Shown piece after piece: positions 24,541-36,285 of a stretch of 64,000 nucleotides of DNA. A program made the position numbers and the translations under genes. Below the pieces are notes generated by a model. That model was not told where the DNA came from. It did not search any database and saw nothing but the letters and a program-made list of their open reading frames with translations. Source of the stretch: Lama glama (Eukaryota); the NCBI GenBank assembly GCA_028534125.1, contig CM052817.1, forward strand, positions 79,176,001 through 79,240,000, given 5' to 3'. Positions within the stretch are counted from its first letter, which is position 1, and each line of letters starts with the position of its first letter.

Positions 24541-25339
24541 GTTATTTGAGTTACAAGTTTAAGCCACAATTATACATTCTACTTTTATTATTTTACTTCT
24601 AATTCTATTTCAGATATGATTTTATTTGTAGAAATCTAATTGGCACAGAATTTTTCTGGAATGTAGTCATTGTTTAGACACTAAACTGCATAATTTCCTA
24701 CAGATTTTTATCAGTGGGTATGAATCTTCTTTTCATAGACGAGATCAAAGGTCTTCTGCCACATGCCTGAGACAGAGCCATATGCATACTTTTCTTTGTG
24801 TCCTGAATTACCCACACATTACAACAATCTGAGTGCAGTGGAAATCAACGTGTCCCCTGCTTCTCTTCCGTCTCATTTTGTTGTATTTATTATAAGCTGA
24901 AGACTGATAATTTTTTATTACTCTGAATATATAGGAAATATATAGGAAAAAATAATAATAGGAGAAATTATTTAAAAATCTTTTCAGATATTAACTATGT
25001 GTTTTCCAGGATGAGTCTTGAAAAACAACACGTGTCTTCTTGAAACATTTTCCTTTCCTGCAGATGATATCCTGTCTGCTCCTTCCCATCATGAAGGACT
25101 TACTAACTCAAATGTCACCTCTATAAAGTGACCTCTTCCTGCAAGTAGCTCTATTAAAATAGCATCCTCAGTCTCAGAATTTCGTATGTGAAATTGTTTT
25201 ACTTGTGTAGGTTTTTCATTGTTTGTCTCCAAAGAGAATGGAAATTCCTATGGAACAGGATCTTGTCCACCCTGTTTATCCAGCACTTGAATTATTCTTG
25301 GGACACAGAGGCCCTCATAAATAATGTAAGTAACTTACA

Positions 25340-25586
25340 GAGTACATGGATTGCATGTTTTTCATGTTCGGTACAATAAATTACATGAGATATTGAACAC
25401 TTTATTATAAAATAGGCTTTGTGGTAGATGATTTTGCCCAACTGTAGGCTAATGTAACTGCTCTGAGCACTTTTAAGGTAGGCAAGGCTAAGCTGTGAGG
25501 TTCCTAGTTTAGGTGAATTAATGTATTTTCGATTTAGGATGGGTTTATCTGGACATAAATTCCACGTAAGTGAAGGAAGATCTGTA
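25340..25586. mobile_element. TcMar-Tigger MITE (Tigger4-like), partial
   Basis: aataaattacatgagatattgaacactttattataaaataggctttgtg ... ends gatctg followed by TA. Confidence 0.7.
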
Positions 25587-26139
25587 CTATTTGATACTGC
25601 CTCTCCCCAAAAGCCAAATGATTGGCAACACGAACACACTTAAGTTCCTCTGTGTCTATAAAAATAAGTTTATACCTTAAAATGACTGGAGAAACTGTAA
25701 AAAAATAAATAGCAACTCTTGTTTCATCCAATGGCAGCTATAACACCATTAGTTACAAATTGAAAATATTCTTAATTCTTGTCAACTCAGGTCTACAAGG
25801 TTTCACCGTCAGCCCGTATTAATGCCCCAACTCACCGTCTCAACTTTCTTCTCCCTCCTCCTTTCCACTTACGCCCTTTCATTACAGCGTTTCTCCAAAG
25901 AATCTGATACAAACTCTGCCTCTGCAGCTTTCTAGCGGTCAGCCCTCAACTTCTCATCTGTAAAACAGCAATACCTGTCTAGCCTACCTTGCTAGAACCG
26001 AGGCTACGATGAAGTGTGACAGTGTACACTGATACTAATTTCTATCACTGGTGGTTACTTGGGATCCTTTTCTCCCCTACACTTCAAAATAAAAGAAAAA
26101 AGACCTCTCCGTTCAGAATTTAGCCTCCCTAAGCCCTTC

Positions 26140-26570
26140 GGCTTCCCTCGCCCAGCTCGGCCCTTTCGAACTTCGCTTTGAGCCTGCGCACTAGCGCGCT
26201 CAGCGTTTGCTTTCCCACCGTCAGCCGCCGCGCTTTGATGACGTCAACGTCCTGCGCCGCGGTGCGAGCAGCGCGCGTGTGAAAAGGCTCGGGTTCTCTT
26301 TTCCCCACGGATTCCAGTGCCAGTGGGTCCCCTGACCCGACAGCATGAAGGAGACACCACTCTCAAACTGCGAGCGCCGCTTTTTACTCCGTGCCATCGA
26401 AGAGAAAAAGGTAAACCGGGAACTTAGCGCTGCAGGAGCGCTGGGGTCGCACAGCGGCCCGCGCGCAGCCTTCCGCTTTGGGCGTACGGGCAGGCCCCGG
26501 GAGCCCCTGGGGCTGCGATCGACGTGTTCCCCAACCACACAAAACACCCCCAACCCCGCTCGAAGTATTT
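26140..26570 (+). promoter_or_regulatory. EXOSC9: EXOSC9 CpG-island promoter with full CRE (TGACGTCA 26239-26246)
   Basis: Sharp rise in GC and CpG content around exon 1; perfect palindromic CRE about 100 nt upstream of the ATG. Confidence 0.85.
26345..26410 (+). CDS. EXOSC9: EXOSC9 coding exon 1
   Basis: ATG at 26345, MKETPLSNCERRFLLRAIEEKK, donor AAG|gtaaac. Confidence 0.97.
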
Positions 26571-29500
26571 ATTTGTCTCCAGTGGAATCTTTTGAAGGCT
26601 CTGGTCACTCCAGCCACTCAATGTCCAGGCACCAAGTTTCCACTCTCCTATGTGGAGTGGTTAGGAACCTACTTTTCTCCTAGTGCTCAGCCCAGAGCCT
26701 GGCATAAAATAGCTGCTCAAAAAATATTTGTATTAGGAATAAACGAGTGAATGTTGTGCTTACAGCGGCTGGATGGCAGACAAACCTATGATTATAGGAA
26801 CATCAAGATCACATTTGGAACAGATTATGGGTGCTGCATTGTGGAACTTGGAAAAACAAGGTAACAATAGGTTCAAATTAGGTATAAGTAGGGAGAAATT
26901 TAAATTTATTGATTCAGTTTACAAAGTAGCTGAGAAGTCTGGATAGTACTTTGTTTAGCTGCAAAAAATAAGTGTATTTTCTTTAATGCAAGACTTTGGT
27001 TTTATCGTCACACTTAAAATTTTTAATCATGAATATATTTTTTTTGTCACACGAGGATCACATAGTTCTTTCTGACCTTTAGGAATTATATATGTGACCA
27101 GCAGTGATTGCACTGAATTTGTTCCTGCATTTGTTGTCATTAAATAGAGCCTACTTTCCTCCTTTTCTGGAATGACATGAGAAATAGGTTTTTAATATTC
27201 ACTTGGAAGTTGTGAGGATATTGGTCAAATAATGTTCCTGAACCTTGCCATACGAAAACTACAGAAGTCTCAAGTTTGCATGCCATCTTATATCACTAAA
27301 TATTTGTTTTAGAAAAGAGAAGTAATGGTCATTGACTCTTTTAAAAATCCGTGGAATAGTCAGTGCTGTAACGAGAAGTGTTTTTTCCTGCCATCTCTTT
27401 GGGTATGCCGACCATGTGTTTTGTTTCTGTATATATTCTACTACTATACTTTATATGTAACTTCAGCCTCTAATGATATAGCATGCTGAACATGTGCTGA
27501 ACTCAGCACAATATAAGATTGAAACTTAACAGGTGTCTGTTCTAGATTTCCTTTTTTTTTTCTTTTTAATTGTAAAGGAAGTACATTTAGTTAACAGATT
27601 TGTGCTTTATCTTTGCAGAGTTCTTGGACAGGTTTCCTGTGAACTTGTTTCTCCAAAACTCAATAGGGCAACAGAAGGTATTCTTTTTTTCAACCTTGAA
27701 CTCTCTCAGATGGCTGCCCCAGCTTTTGAACCTGGCAGGTATTTACATTTTTTTCTTAGGCTGCTTTAGCCAGAGGAGAGCCTAACAGGGGTGAACTATT
27801 GTTTTACTGTCTGGTGTTATATTTCATGACCTTAGCCCATTCCTGTTTTCATAGGCAGTCAGATCTCTTGGTGAAGTTGAATCGCCTCTTGGAAAGATGT
27901 CTAAGAAATTCGAAGTGTATAGACACTGAATCTCTCTGTGTTGTTGCTGGTGAAAAGGTGGGGAATATGCCCAACATTCTTAATCTTAGGATGAGTATTA
28001 TCAGTTCATGGATCCCTGTATCTAGACTTTGATTCTCAGAGCTTCAATTAACTCAGTTTTATACTAGTTCACTTTACTTCAGATGTTCCTCAGTGCTACC
28101 CATAGAACCTTGTGTCATGTCTTCCTGAGGGGGCAAAAAACATTGGTGGACATAGGAACTTGGATTTGTATACAAATTTCTTATTCAAAAAACATGTGGC
28201 TTTTCACATGTTCTCATTTTTTTTATGTTATTTAAGTGAGTTGATAGAAGCAGGTAATGTTTTCCTTTCTTTATGGATGAAAAACTGAAGAACTGATTAA
28301 ATCCTTCATTCGGGTAGGTTTATTGACATATACAGGGCCGCATAGTGAGTCAGTGGTAGTCTGACATTGGAAATCTTACTCTGAGTATATTGCACGCGCT
28401 GATACTTCCTGTTTGTTTTACTTGTAAGATTATCATAAATACTGCCAAATAAAACCTGAGTTTGTGGTTTTTCATTTAGGAGACACAATTAAAACATAAC
28501 TAGTCTTGGAGTTAGGAGAATCTTTGCACTAAATATAGAATGGTTCTGTTTACTCAGAGTAGATATTTTACGTTGTCAAATGACTCATAGAGAAATGAAC
28601 TATTAGTATTTCAGATGTTGGTCTGGCTTAACGTTTTTCTAAATATATTTTTATTGATACAATAGAAAGAGTAACTGCATGTTTTAATAGCAAGAGAAAA
28701 ATTTGCACATAGCGTTACTTTTCTTTATAAATAACCTCTGTGATTTAGGATTTAGTCTTGTCTTAAATTCACATTCAGGTTTGGCAAATACGTGTGGATC
28801 TGCATTTATTAAATCATGATGGAAATATTATTGATGCTGCCAGCATTGCTGCAATTGTAGCCTTATGTCACTTCCGAAGGCCTGATGTCTCTGTCCAAGG
28901 AGATGAAGTAACACTGGTAAGCTCCCACCATGTGAGCCAGGCTCCTTCTTATGAATAAATGAATATCCTTGATGTGCAGACAACTTGTATTTAATGAAGC
29001 CCCGTAGTAAATGGCAATTAGATATGTCCTAAAATTTATTCACAATGCAAAAACTAAATATGGTCACAGTTGCCCTTGAAATCTCTCAAATCTCCTGTGT
29101 TGACATGTTTGTCAGTGAAAGCACACTCTAGTTCTAGAATAGAACTAGATGGCTTCTTTGCATTGAGCATTAGATGAAGTGGTTGGCTTATGCTTAGGGG
29201 GCATGTGTGAAAAATACATTATTTTCATGTGTTCCCAGTGAGATGCTTGTGCTTACTCTGTGCCAAAAACCCATTAGAAACAAACACCTGGAAGGTGATA
29301 GTTACATAGCTATATATTTACTAAAAAGTGAATAATTTACTAACAATGAGGGGATTTTATGGTTTGTAAATTTACCTCTATAAAGCTTTTTGACAAATGC
29401 GTAAAGTTTTAAGGCACATGAATGGCTAAGTCAAATAGGTAATTGCAAAAGAAGTTATTTAGATACTCACTGAGGATTCAAGGGATTTTATTTTTTATTT

Positions 29501-32500
29501 TAATATTTGATGTACAAGATGATTTTTTTGTCTGTTTATAACTTAGTGGCTGTAATTATTCAAGCTTTTATTTTCACACAGTACACACCTGAAGAACGTG
29601 ATCCTGTCCCATTGAGCATCCACCACATGCCCATTTGTGTCAGCTTTGCCTTCTTCCAGCAGGGGTGAGTCTCATCCTTGTCATGGGCCGAAGTTATAAA
29701 TGCAGCCATGAACTTTTTTGTTCTGCTCAGATGTGCCATAGACAAGTGAACAAACCCCTCCTTTAATACTAAAGTGTCGTATAGTTTTTTCTTTGTAAGA
29801 GCATCAGTTGGCAAAGCACTTTCTCAGTGGAAGTGAGAAACTCTCCCATAATGAAGAGGCTTCACGTTTGTCTTTTCATGGCTTTCTTGTAAATTTATGC
29901 ATTTACTGCAGTGTGGTAGTGTGTGTCTTTCCTAGAGATGTACAGATGTTAGGCTCTAATTTGGTAAAGTGGGATGAGAAGTACTGCAGATTAACGGAAG
30001 ACAGAGGACTTTGGAGCTTACCAGCTGAAGTAGTTATAGGAGCAGGTCACATGGGGAATGGTTCACAAATGGGAAAAAAATCTAGTTTTCTTCAGCTCTA
30101 CAGCTGTTTCTTCACAACTCACTGCTAATTCACCCTACAACAGAAAACCTGGAAGCTTAGGTCCATGTAAGTTGTCTTCAAATGAGAGCTCAAGCCTTAA
30201 ATTTCTTAAGAAACAAAGAGGGGTGTAAATATTTTAGTAACTTTATGAATAAGAACTGGAGAAAAGCTTTCATCTTTCAGTCATTGTATAGAATTTTATT
30301 AGCGGGAACTAGACCAGCACTGTACAGTAGAATTACATGAACCCTGTATGTAATTTTAATAGCCACATTTAAAAGGTAAAAGGAAACAGTTAAAATTAAT
30401 TTTGATGTATTTTATTTTACTTAATATATCTAAAATATTATTTTAACATGTAATCAGTATCTTAAAAATTATTCATGAGATATTTTACATTTTATTTCTA
30501 CTAAGTCTTTGAAATACAGTATTTTACATTAATAGTACATCTCAATTTGAACTAGCCACATTTCAAGGACTTGGCACCTTGAGTAAAGGCTAACATTGCA
30601 CAGTGTGGAAGTAGTGTTTTTTTTTTAAATGAGCTGGTAGAACCTGGAAGAAATTCAAAGTACAAGATATTAGGGAAACTTTAAAATTAATGTTATAATA
30701 ATTCTTTTGTCTCATTTCACATTAAAGTGACTCACATTCATAGGCTCATAACGTCACTGCATTGACTTTATTATAATGCTGTCTTTTTAAAAACTTCATT
30801 ATGTTAAAATTGACAAGCATTAAGCCTCATATTTAACATTTATTTCAGGACATACTTACTGGTGGATCCCAATGAGCGAGAGGAACGTGTAATGGATGGC
30901 TTGCTGGTGATTGCCATGAATAAGCATCGAGAGATTTGTACCATCCAGTCCAGCGGTGGGATAATGCTGCTGAAAGATCAAGTCAGTGCTTTGACTAGTA
31001 TTCCATTAAGAATGGCTCTCTTCCTTTTAGAAACTTTTTCTCGTTTTTTAACTGAAATCCAACAAAGATATTTTCAATGACAGATTCTAGGATGTGTTAG
31101 AATCTGGCTTCAGTACTGTCGTTATGCTCTGTTGACTTGTGGCTACATGGGGTCCTCCTTGCTCCCTTGCTGCTCCCATAGATGGCCCTGCAGAGTCTAA
31201 ACCTTCGAGGTAGAGGAATACTTTTTTCCTTCCAGTGAGGAAAGAAATTTATATCCCTATTTTTTTTTAAGTGTAAAAAAGTAGAAATTGGGGTAAAAAT
31301 ATGGTTTAACTTTGGGAATTTGTGTGCCGTGAGCAGTTTTTCTCAGATGCAGCTACATGCAGGATTCACATGGGGGCTTGTAGGAGATAGACTGCCGTGT
31401 AGCACACAGTGCAGGTGGCTAAGAGCACAGAAACAGCTTAGTTTGGAATTCCAGCTCTGCTTTACACTACGTGACCTTCAGCAGGTGATTTCAGGTTTGT
31501 GCCTCAGTCTCTTTATTTGTGAAAAGGGGAATAATGTTACTGTCAACACCCTCTTGTTAGGAGGATATAATAGATATGGGCATATTGTACTGTGTAACAT
31601 ACATTAGTGCAGTAAATGTTAGTGTCTGTTATCATCATTATCATTATTACCAGCATCGTGACCACTACCAGATCCCTGTTTCCAAGGATTCTAATCCATT
31701 AGGTCCCTGAGGCCTGGGAATCTTTACTTTATAAAAGCTTCCTGGGGGTTACTGTGCAGCCATGTCTTGAACAGAACTGTGGATCAGTCATACAGAAAGT
31801 AAGTTAGTGCATCCCTGAACATGTGTGGCTATGGCCTGTGCTGTGGTCACTTTTACATTGTCATAGAAGAGTTTTTGGGTGAGTTCCCTTGACATCATCT
31901 AAAAATAACTCTCACATCTTGACTTAATTTGTGTTTACATTGTATTATGTTCATGTTCGTTGTATTATTATGAAAAAAAAGGCTTAATTTTTAAAGGTCA
32001 AAAAACTAATCTCACGTTTTTAGTTTTGTTAGAGAAAGCTGTTTGATTTATTATCTCTAAATAACAGAGTTCACTTATTTTATAAATAGGTTTTGAGATG
32101 TAGTAAAATAGCTGGTGTGAAAGTAATGGAAATTACAGAGCTAATACAGAAAGCTTTGGAGAACGACCAGAAAGTTAGGTAAGTTTAATTTTTTTAGAAC
32201 TGAATGGTTTTTTTATAGATTTTTTTTCTGTTAAGGACCTTTCTCACACAAGCATAACCAGTTTTTACACTCAGTCTTTCCTTATCTGTTAATCTCAGTT
32301 GCATGTACTACTCAATGTTTTTTGAAAGTTAATGAAACTGTTATATTTTATTACAGTTTGAACAGTCTGAATTGAAAAGCCACATGACATTTTTCTTTTA
32401 GAAAAATTAACATTTTCTTAGGAGAAAAGAATCTGATAACTCACATTCACAGAAAGAACACAAACTGGTGTTGATTACAGTCTCTTCTTACTGTGTGACA

Positions 32501-35500
32501 TTGAGCAACATCAATAACCCAGCACTTCAGTGTCTTCTTCTGTAATATGGGAGGTTAATGCCTACCTGGTAGGGCTGGTTTGAGGATTGGAGAATAATAT
32601 ACTTTAATAAGTGGTTAATTATAGTAACTTCTTATCACTCTTGATAGGCATAATAAATTGGTGAGGTTAAGTTACTTAATTTCTCATCCAATATTTCTCA
32701 TCTATCAAAAGGATAAAATAATTAACTTTTTCCCCCCTTCCTATCTTCTCTCCCATCTCTCATTCCCCCTTTGCTCCCCACTCCCCCAAAAAATCCACAC
32801 AGGAAAGAAGGTGGCAAGTTTGGCTTTGCGGAGTCGATAGCCAATCAAAGGATCACAGCATTTAAAATGGAAAAGGCCCCCATTGATACCTCCGATGTAG
32901 AGGAAAAAGCAGAAGAAATAATTTCAGAAGCTGAACCTCCTTCAGAAGTGTATCTTTATTGGATTTTTTTTTTCAGCAACAAAAAGATTCTCAACACTTT
33001 TGGCATTATTAGGGCTCTGTGAAGTGTTTGCGTACTGAAATTTATTTTCTGAAAACATTTAAGATACATTAATGTTTTATTATATTAAGTTGATGGTATA
33101 ACATTCACCTTCTCTTCATCTATCCTACAGAAACCAGAAATTTCTCTATTATAAGAACCAATTTACAGCATTTCATTTTCCTTTGGAAAATTGTTCTTTA
33201 ATCTCAGTGCATCATCAAGTACTTCATACACTGTTACACATTGTTCTTAAAGTTCATTCATTCAACACATTTATTACAACTAAAATGTTCAGAGCCAGTG
33301 TGTCTCTTGATATTTCTCACCAATTGTGTCCATAAAATCTTAACCAGTTACACATTTTTCTTCATTGTTCAGCCATAGATAGCTTAGTAAATCTTTTTTC
33401 CTGAGAATTTGAGGCACACTTCCATCAGTCTTAAAGTAGAAAACTTCTATTCATCTTTTTCAGCACTGCATCAAATAGTGATATTTTTGTTATTCAACTT
33501 ATTTAACTTGCTAAGTGTTTCTAAACCTGTGCTATGGACCCCTGGAACAGCCCAAATTGGAGAGGGAATAGAAAACTCCTGGGGTGACCTTGAAGACTCT
33601 GAAAAGGAAGACGACGATGAAGGTGGCAGTGATGAAGCAATCATTCTTGATAGTATAAAAATGGACACTGGAGTAGGTATCTCTAATATTGGAAGCCAAG
33701 GTATGTGATTTATATAATATATATATGGATCTTACTTTTATATTAGCAGTTACTTTTTTTAGAGGGGCTAAATATTTTGTAATTTCAGCTTAACTGTTGA
33801 GGCTAACTGCAGTCTTAACTCCAGTTCTTTTCTAAAGGAATATGCTTATCTCTGTGGAGTGGTGGTATTCTTTGGTATGTAAATGTAGGTGCATTTTTAA
33901 GTTTTTTCCTTCTGTATATTTATCTGGGCCAGTTTTAAGGGGATGAGTTCCTTAAACTCATTCCTGCATATTTTTCCTTTGTATAGTTTCTAGACTCAAA
34001 CATAAAGAGGCAGTATCATAATGTATTAGTATTAGAAATGTTCTGTATCTCTCTACACCGTCCAGTATAATGGCCACATGTAGCCATTGGGTAGTAAAAT
34101 GTAGCCTGTCTAACCGAGGAATTCTAAATTTTAACTCTAGTTGATATAAGGTTAAATAGCCACGTGTGGCTACCATGTTAGACCGCTGTAGGACATACAC
34201 AAGTCTAGAGGTACATAGATACTGGTAGTGCTGGATGTTCCTTGTATTCTGAAAGCAGAACTAGAGAAATTGTTCTTACCTGTGGATGTTTTTATTTTTA
34301 AAACCAGTTTCTTCCTTGGCTCATGCTGGAAAATAATCATGAATTGGTTTTTTATGTACTAAAAACAGAAATCATACAAGGAAGGATCTAGGAAGTAGGC
34401 TGGTGGAGAACTAAAGGATACACGTACCAAATGTCTAAACTTGGCTGAGAAAATAGTAAAGTGTAATGCACATACCTGCCTGCCTTCAAGGAAGATGATT
34501 ACCTGTAAACACTAAGAGCCTGCTAGGGTTTTTTGTAAGGGAAAAAACAAAATTCCTGTTGATTGGGGACCCCCTCCCCATTTACCAATGGTTATTTCTA
34601 TTTAGTATTATTCTTCCAGACCTTGTTCCATGTATTTATTTACTATATATTTATACTGATATAAGCTGTTTAAAACTATGAATAAATCTTTAGTTTTCCC
34701 ATGTCATCACAGAAATACTAAGATAATTGGGAGGATGGAGTAGGTAAAACATTTCTAAAGCATATGAACCAAGTGAGAAACTCATACAGATGGCCAGCAA
34801 TGATTTTAGAATGTATATGCCTTTTGACCCAGCAATTCTGCTTCTAGGTATTTTCCTTCTAGTTTTGTTTATAATATAATATGGAGAAATTAAAAATTTA
34901 GATCTTCAAAATTAGGAAATTCTAACAGAGTAGCTAATTTTGAATACATTTTTCAGAGCTCCAAGGAATAACCTGAGGGAAGGGAAGAACTAAATAGCAG
35001 GTCTGTAAGCCTCTACCCAGAGTAGCCTGGGCTCTGCCTGAATGGAAATGGAGCTTTAGAACCATCAGTATAATTCTGTGTGGAAACTTCCCAAGGGATT
35101 ACTTATATTCCTTTCTCAACATTTTTCTTAAAGATGCCCCTATAGTACTCTCAGACAGTGAAGAAGAAGAAATGATCATTTTAGAACCAGATAAGAACCC
35201 AAAGAAAATAAGGTAACAAATTTCTGGTTTATTTCAAAAGTATATATGTATACATATACTTAAAGACTTCTTAGAGGTTTGCTGTCTGGTTTTATTGTCA
35301 CCTTACGCTACTGTAAACAAAGACAGCTTTTTCATTAGCAATTTACAGTATTCTGCGGTCATGATTTAGATCCCCAAAATAGGAGGCAAAATGGTACTAA
35401 TATACTGTTAAAACTATTAATTTACTTTGTTCACAGAACACAGACCATCAGTGCAACACAAGAAAAAGCACCAAGTAAAAAGTCAGTGAAAAAGAGAAAA

Positions 35501-35521
35501 AAGAAGAGAGCTACTAATTAA
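26345..35521 (+). CDS. EXOSC9: Exosome complex component RRP45 (PM/Scl-75), complete spliced CDS, 12 exons, 440 aa
   Basis: join(26345..26410,26766..26860,27619..27738,27855..27957,28779..28916,29582..29664,30849..30981,32090..32178,32803..32949,33516..33700,35134..35212,35437..35521) = 1323 nt, all introns GT-AG, phases consistent. Starts MKETPLSNCERRFLLRAIEEKKRLDGRQTYDYR; RNase PH-like core, acidic SIM-like IVLSDSEEEEMII, basic NLS KKRKKKR before TAA. Confidence 0.98.
26766..26860 (+). CDS. EXOSC9: EXOSC9 coding exon 2
   Basis: tacag|RLDGRQTYDYRNIKITFGTDYGCCIVELGKT, donor AG|gtaaca. Confidence 0.97.
27619..27738 (+). CDS. EXOSC9: EXOSC9 coding exon 3
   Basis: ttgcag|VLGQVSCELVSPKLNRATEGILFFNLELSQMAAPAFEPG, donor AG|gtattt. 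Confidence 0.97.
27855..27957 (+). CDS. EXOSC9: EXOSC9 coding exon 4
   Basis: catag|QSDLLVKLNRLLERCLRNSKCIDTESLCVVAGEK|gtggg. Confidence 0.97.
28779..28916 (+). CDS. EXOSC9: EXOSC9 coding exon 5
   Basis: ttcag|VWQIRVDLHLLNHDGNIIDAASIAAIVALCHFRRPDVSVQGDEVTL|gtaagc. Confidence 0.97.
29582..29664 (+). CDS. EXOSC9: EXOSC9 coding exon 6
   Basis: cacag|YTPEERDPVPLSIHHMPICVSFAFFQQ, donor GG|gtgagt. Confidence 0.97.
30310..30610. mobile_element. MER33-like hAT-Charlie element in EXOSC9 intron 6
   Basis: aatagccacatttaaaaggtaaaaggaaacag ... catctcaatttgaactagccacatttcaag. Confidence 0.7.
30849..30981 (+). CDS. EXOSC9: EXOSC9 coding exon 7
   Basis: ttcag|TYLLVDPNEREERVMDGLLVIAMNKHREICTIQSSGGIMLLKDQ|gtcagt. 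Confidence 0.97.
31395..31650 (+). mobile_element. MIR SINE in EXOSC9 intron 7
   Basis: gaattccagctctgc ... tgtgcctcagtctctttatttgtgaaaaggggaataat. Confidence 0.65.
32090..32178 (+). CDS. EXOSC9: EXOSC9 coding exon 8
   Basis: aatag|VLRCSKIAGVKVMEITELIQKALENDQKV, donor AG|gtaagt. Confidence 0.97.
32803..32949 (+). CDS. EXOSC9: EXOSC9 coding exon 9
   Basis: cacag|KEGGKFGFAESIANQRITAFKMEKAPIDTSDVEEKAEEIISEAEPPSE, donor GT|gtatcttt (U12-like). Confidence 0.95.
33516..33700 (+). CDS. EXOSC9: EXOSC9 coding exon 10
   Basis: ctaag|VSKPVLWTPGTAQIGEGIENSWGDLEDSEKEDDDEGGSDEAIILDSIKMDTGVGISNIGSQ, donor G|gtatgt. Confidence 0.95.
34055..34192. mobile_element. MER3-like hAT-Charlie MITE in EXOSC9 intron 10
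   Basis: ggccacatgtagccattg ... aaatagccacgtgtggctaccatgttagac. Confidence 0.65.
35134..35212 (+). CDS. EXOSC9: EXOSC9 coding exon 11
   Basis: taaag|APIVLSDSEEEEMIILEPDKNPKKI, donor AG|gtaaca. Confidence 0.96.
35437..35521 (+). CDS. EXOSC9: EXOSC9 coding exon 12 (last)
   Basis: cacag|TQTISATQEKAPSKKSVKKRKKKRATN, TAA at 35519-35521. Confidence 0.96.
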
Positions 35522-35554
35522 AGTTCACATAGTTGTGTATTTGTGTATATAACT

Positions 35555-35670
35555 ATTAAAAAGGTATTTATTCAGTGCTAACAACCTTGGGTATTATTTT
35601 ATTCACAAAATCCATTATAAAATCAAGACATTTCTTTATAGTTTTTTTACATTATGCTTTTTAAAATAAA
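35555..35670 (+). terminator. EXOSC9: Candidate EXOSC9 poly(A) signals
   Basis: ATTAAA 35555-35560 and AATAAA 35665-35670 downstream of the stop; which is used cannot be read from the sequence. Confidence 0.6.
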
Positions 35671-35981
35671 CCTCTGGAGAACTTTTAAGACAAGTTTTAA
35701 ATAACTGTCACTTTGGTATGTAAAGTGTACAAGTTGATGAATGAAAAAGCATTTTCATAGTGTGTACAAAGGCCTGAAAGACTTGCCCCAGGTCAACCAA
35801 CTGACCCAGTTTCTTATGGAAATGAATGTCAGCACCTGTCTGTTTTCCTAAAACTATGATTTTAGGAGACAGTTTCCCAGTCCCCATGCTTTAGTAAACT
35901 GAATTTTTCCGAGTGAAATCCTGAAGTCAAATTTTTTACTTCAAATTAAATTTTACTTACAAACCAAGTTTTCCAAATCAA

Positions 35982-35987
35982 TTTATT
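35982..35987 (-). terminator. CCNA2: Candidate proximal CCNA2 poly(A) signal
   Basis: First minus-strand AATAAA I found downstream of the stop (about 250 nt). Confidence 0.55.
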
Positions 35988-36236
35988 AATTCTTATCCTG
36001 ACAGCTGGCATAATACTTTAACAAAACCACTTAAAATTAGCCAAATATCTAAGATACTTACATGTACAAAAGATATACAAATTAAAACCATTTAAGAAGT
36101 AATAGATACCATAATTTGTACTTGACCATAAGTTCTGTATTCAGAAATGATTGTAAAATTAAAACCTAAGATAAAATCTGTACACCATATACTTTGAGTG
36201 ATTTACATCTTAGAAAACAAAGGCAGTCTTTCACTG

Positions 36237-36285
36237 TTACACATTTAGTGTCTCTGGTGGGTTGAGGAGAGAAACACCATGATAC
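36237..36285 (-). CDS. CCNA2: CCNA2 coding exon 8 (last)
   Basis: cag|[18 protein letters not shown] at 36239-36237. Confidence 0.97.

Noticed and set aside
26221..26750. Several ORFs around EXOSC9 exon 1
   Set aside because: GC-rich island artefacts or read-through into intron 1; only 26345-26410 is coding.
29127..29149. 10-bp inverted repeat tctagttcta-gaa-tagaactaga in EXOSC9 intron 5
   Set aside because: Short, AT-rich and isolated; no snoRNA boxes or other supporting context.
32948..32953. Alternative U2-type donor GAA|gtgtat for EXOSC9 exon 9
   Set aside because: It would be out of frame with the only nearby AG (33514-33515), so the donor must be 32950.
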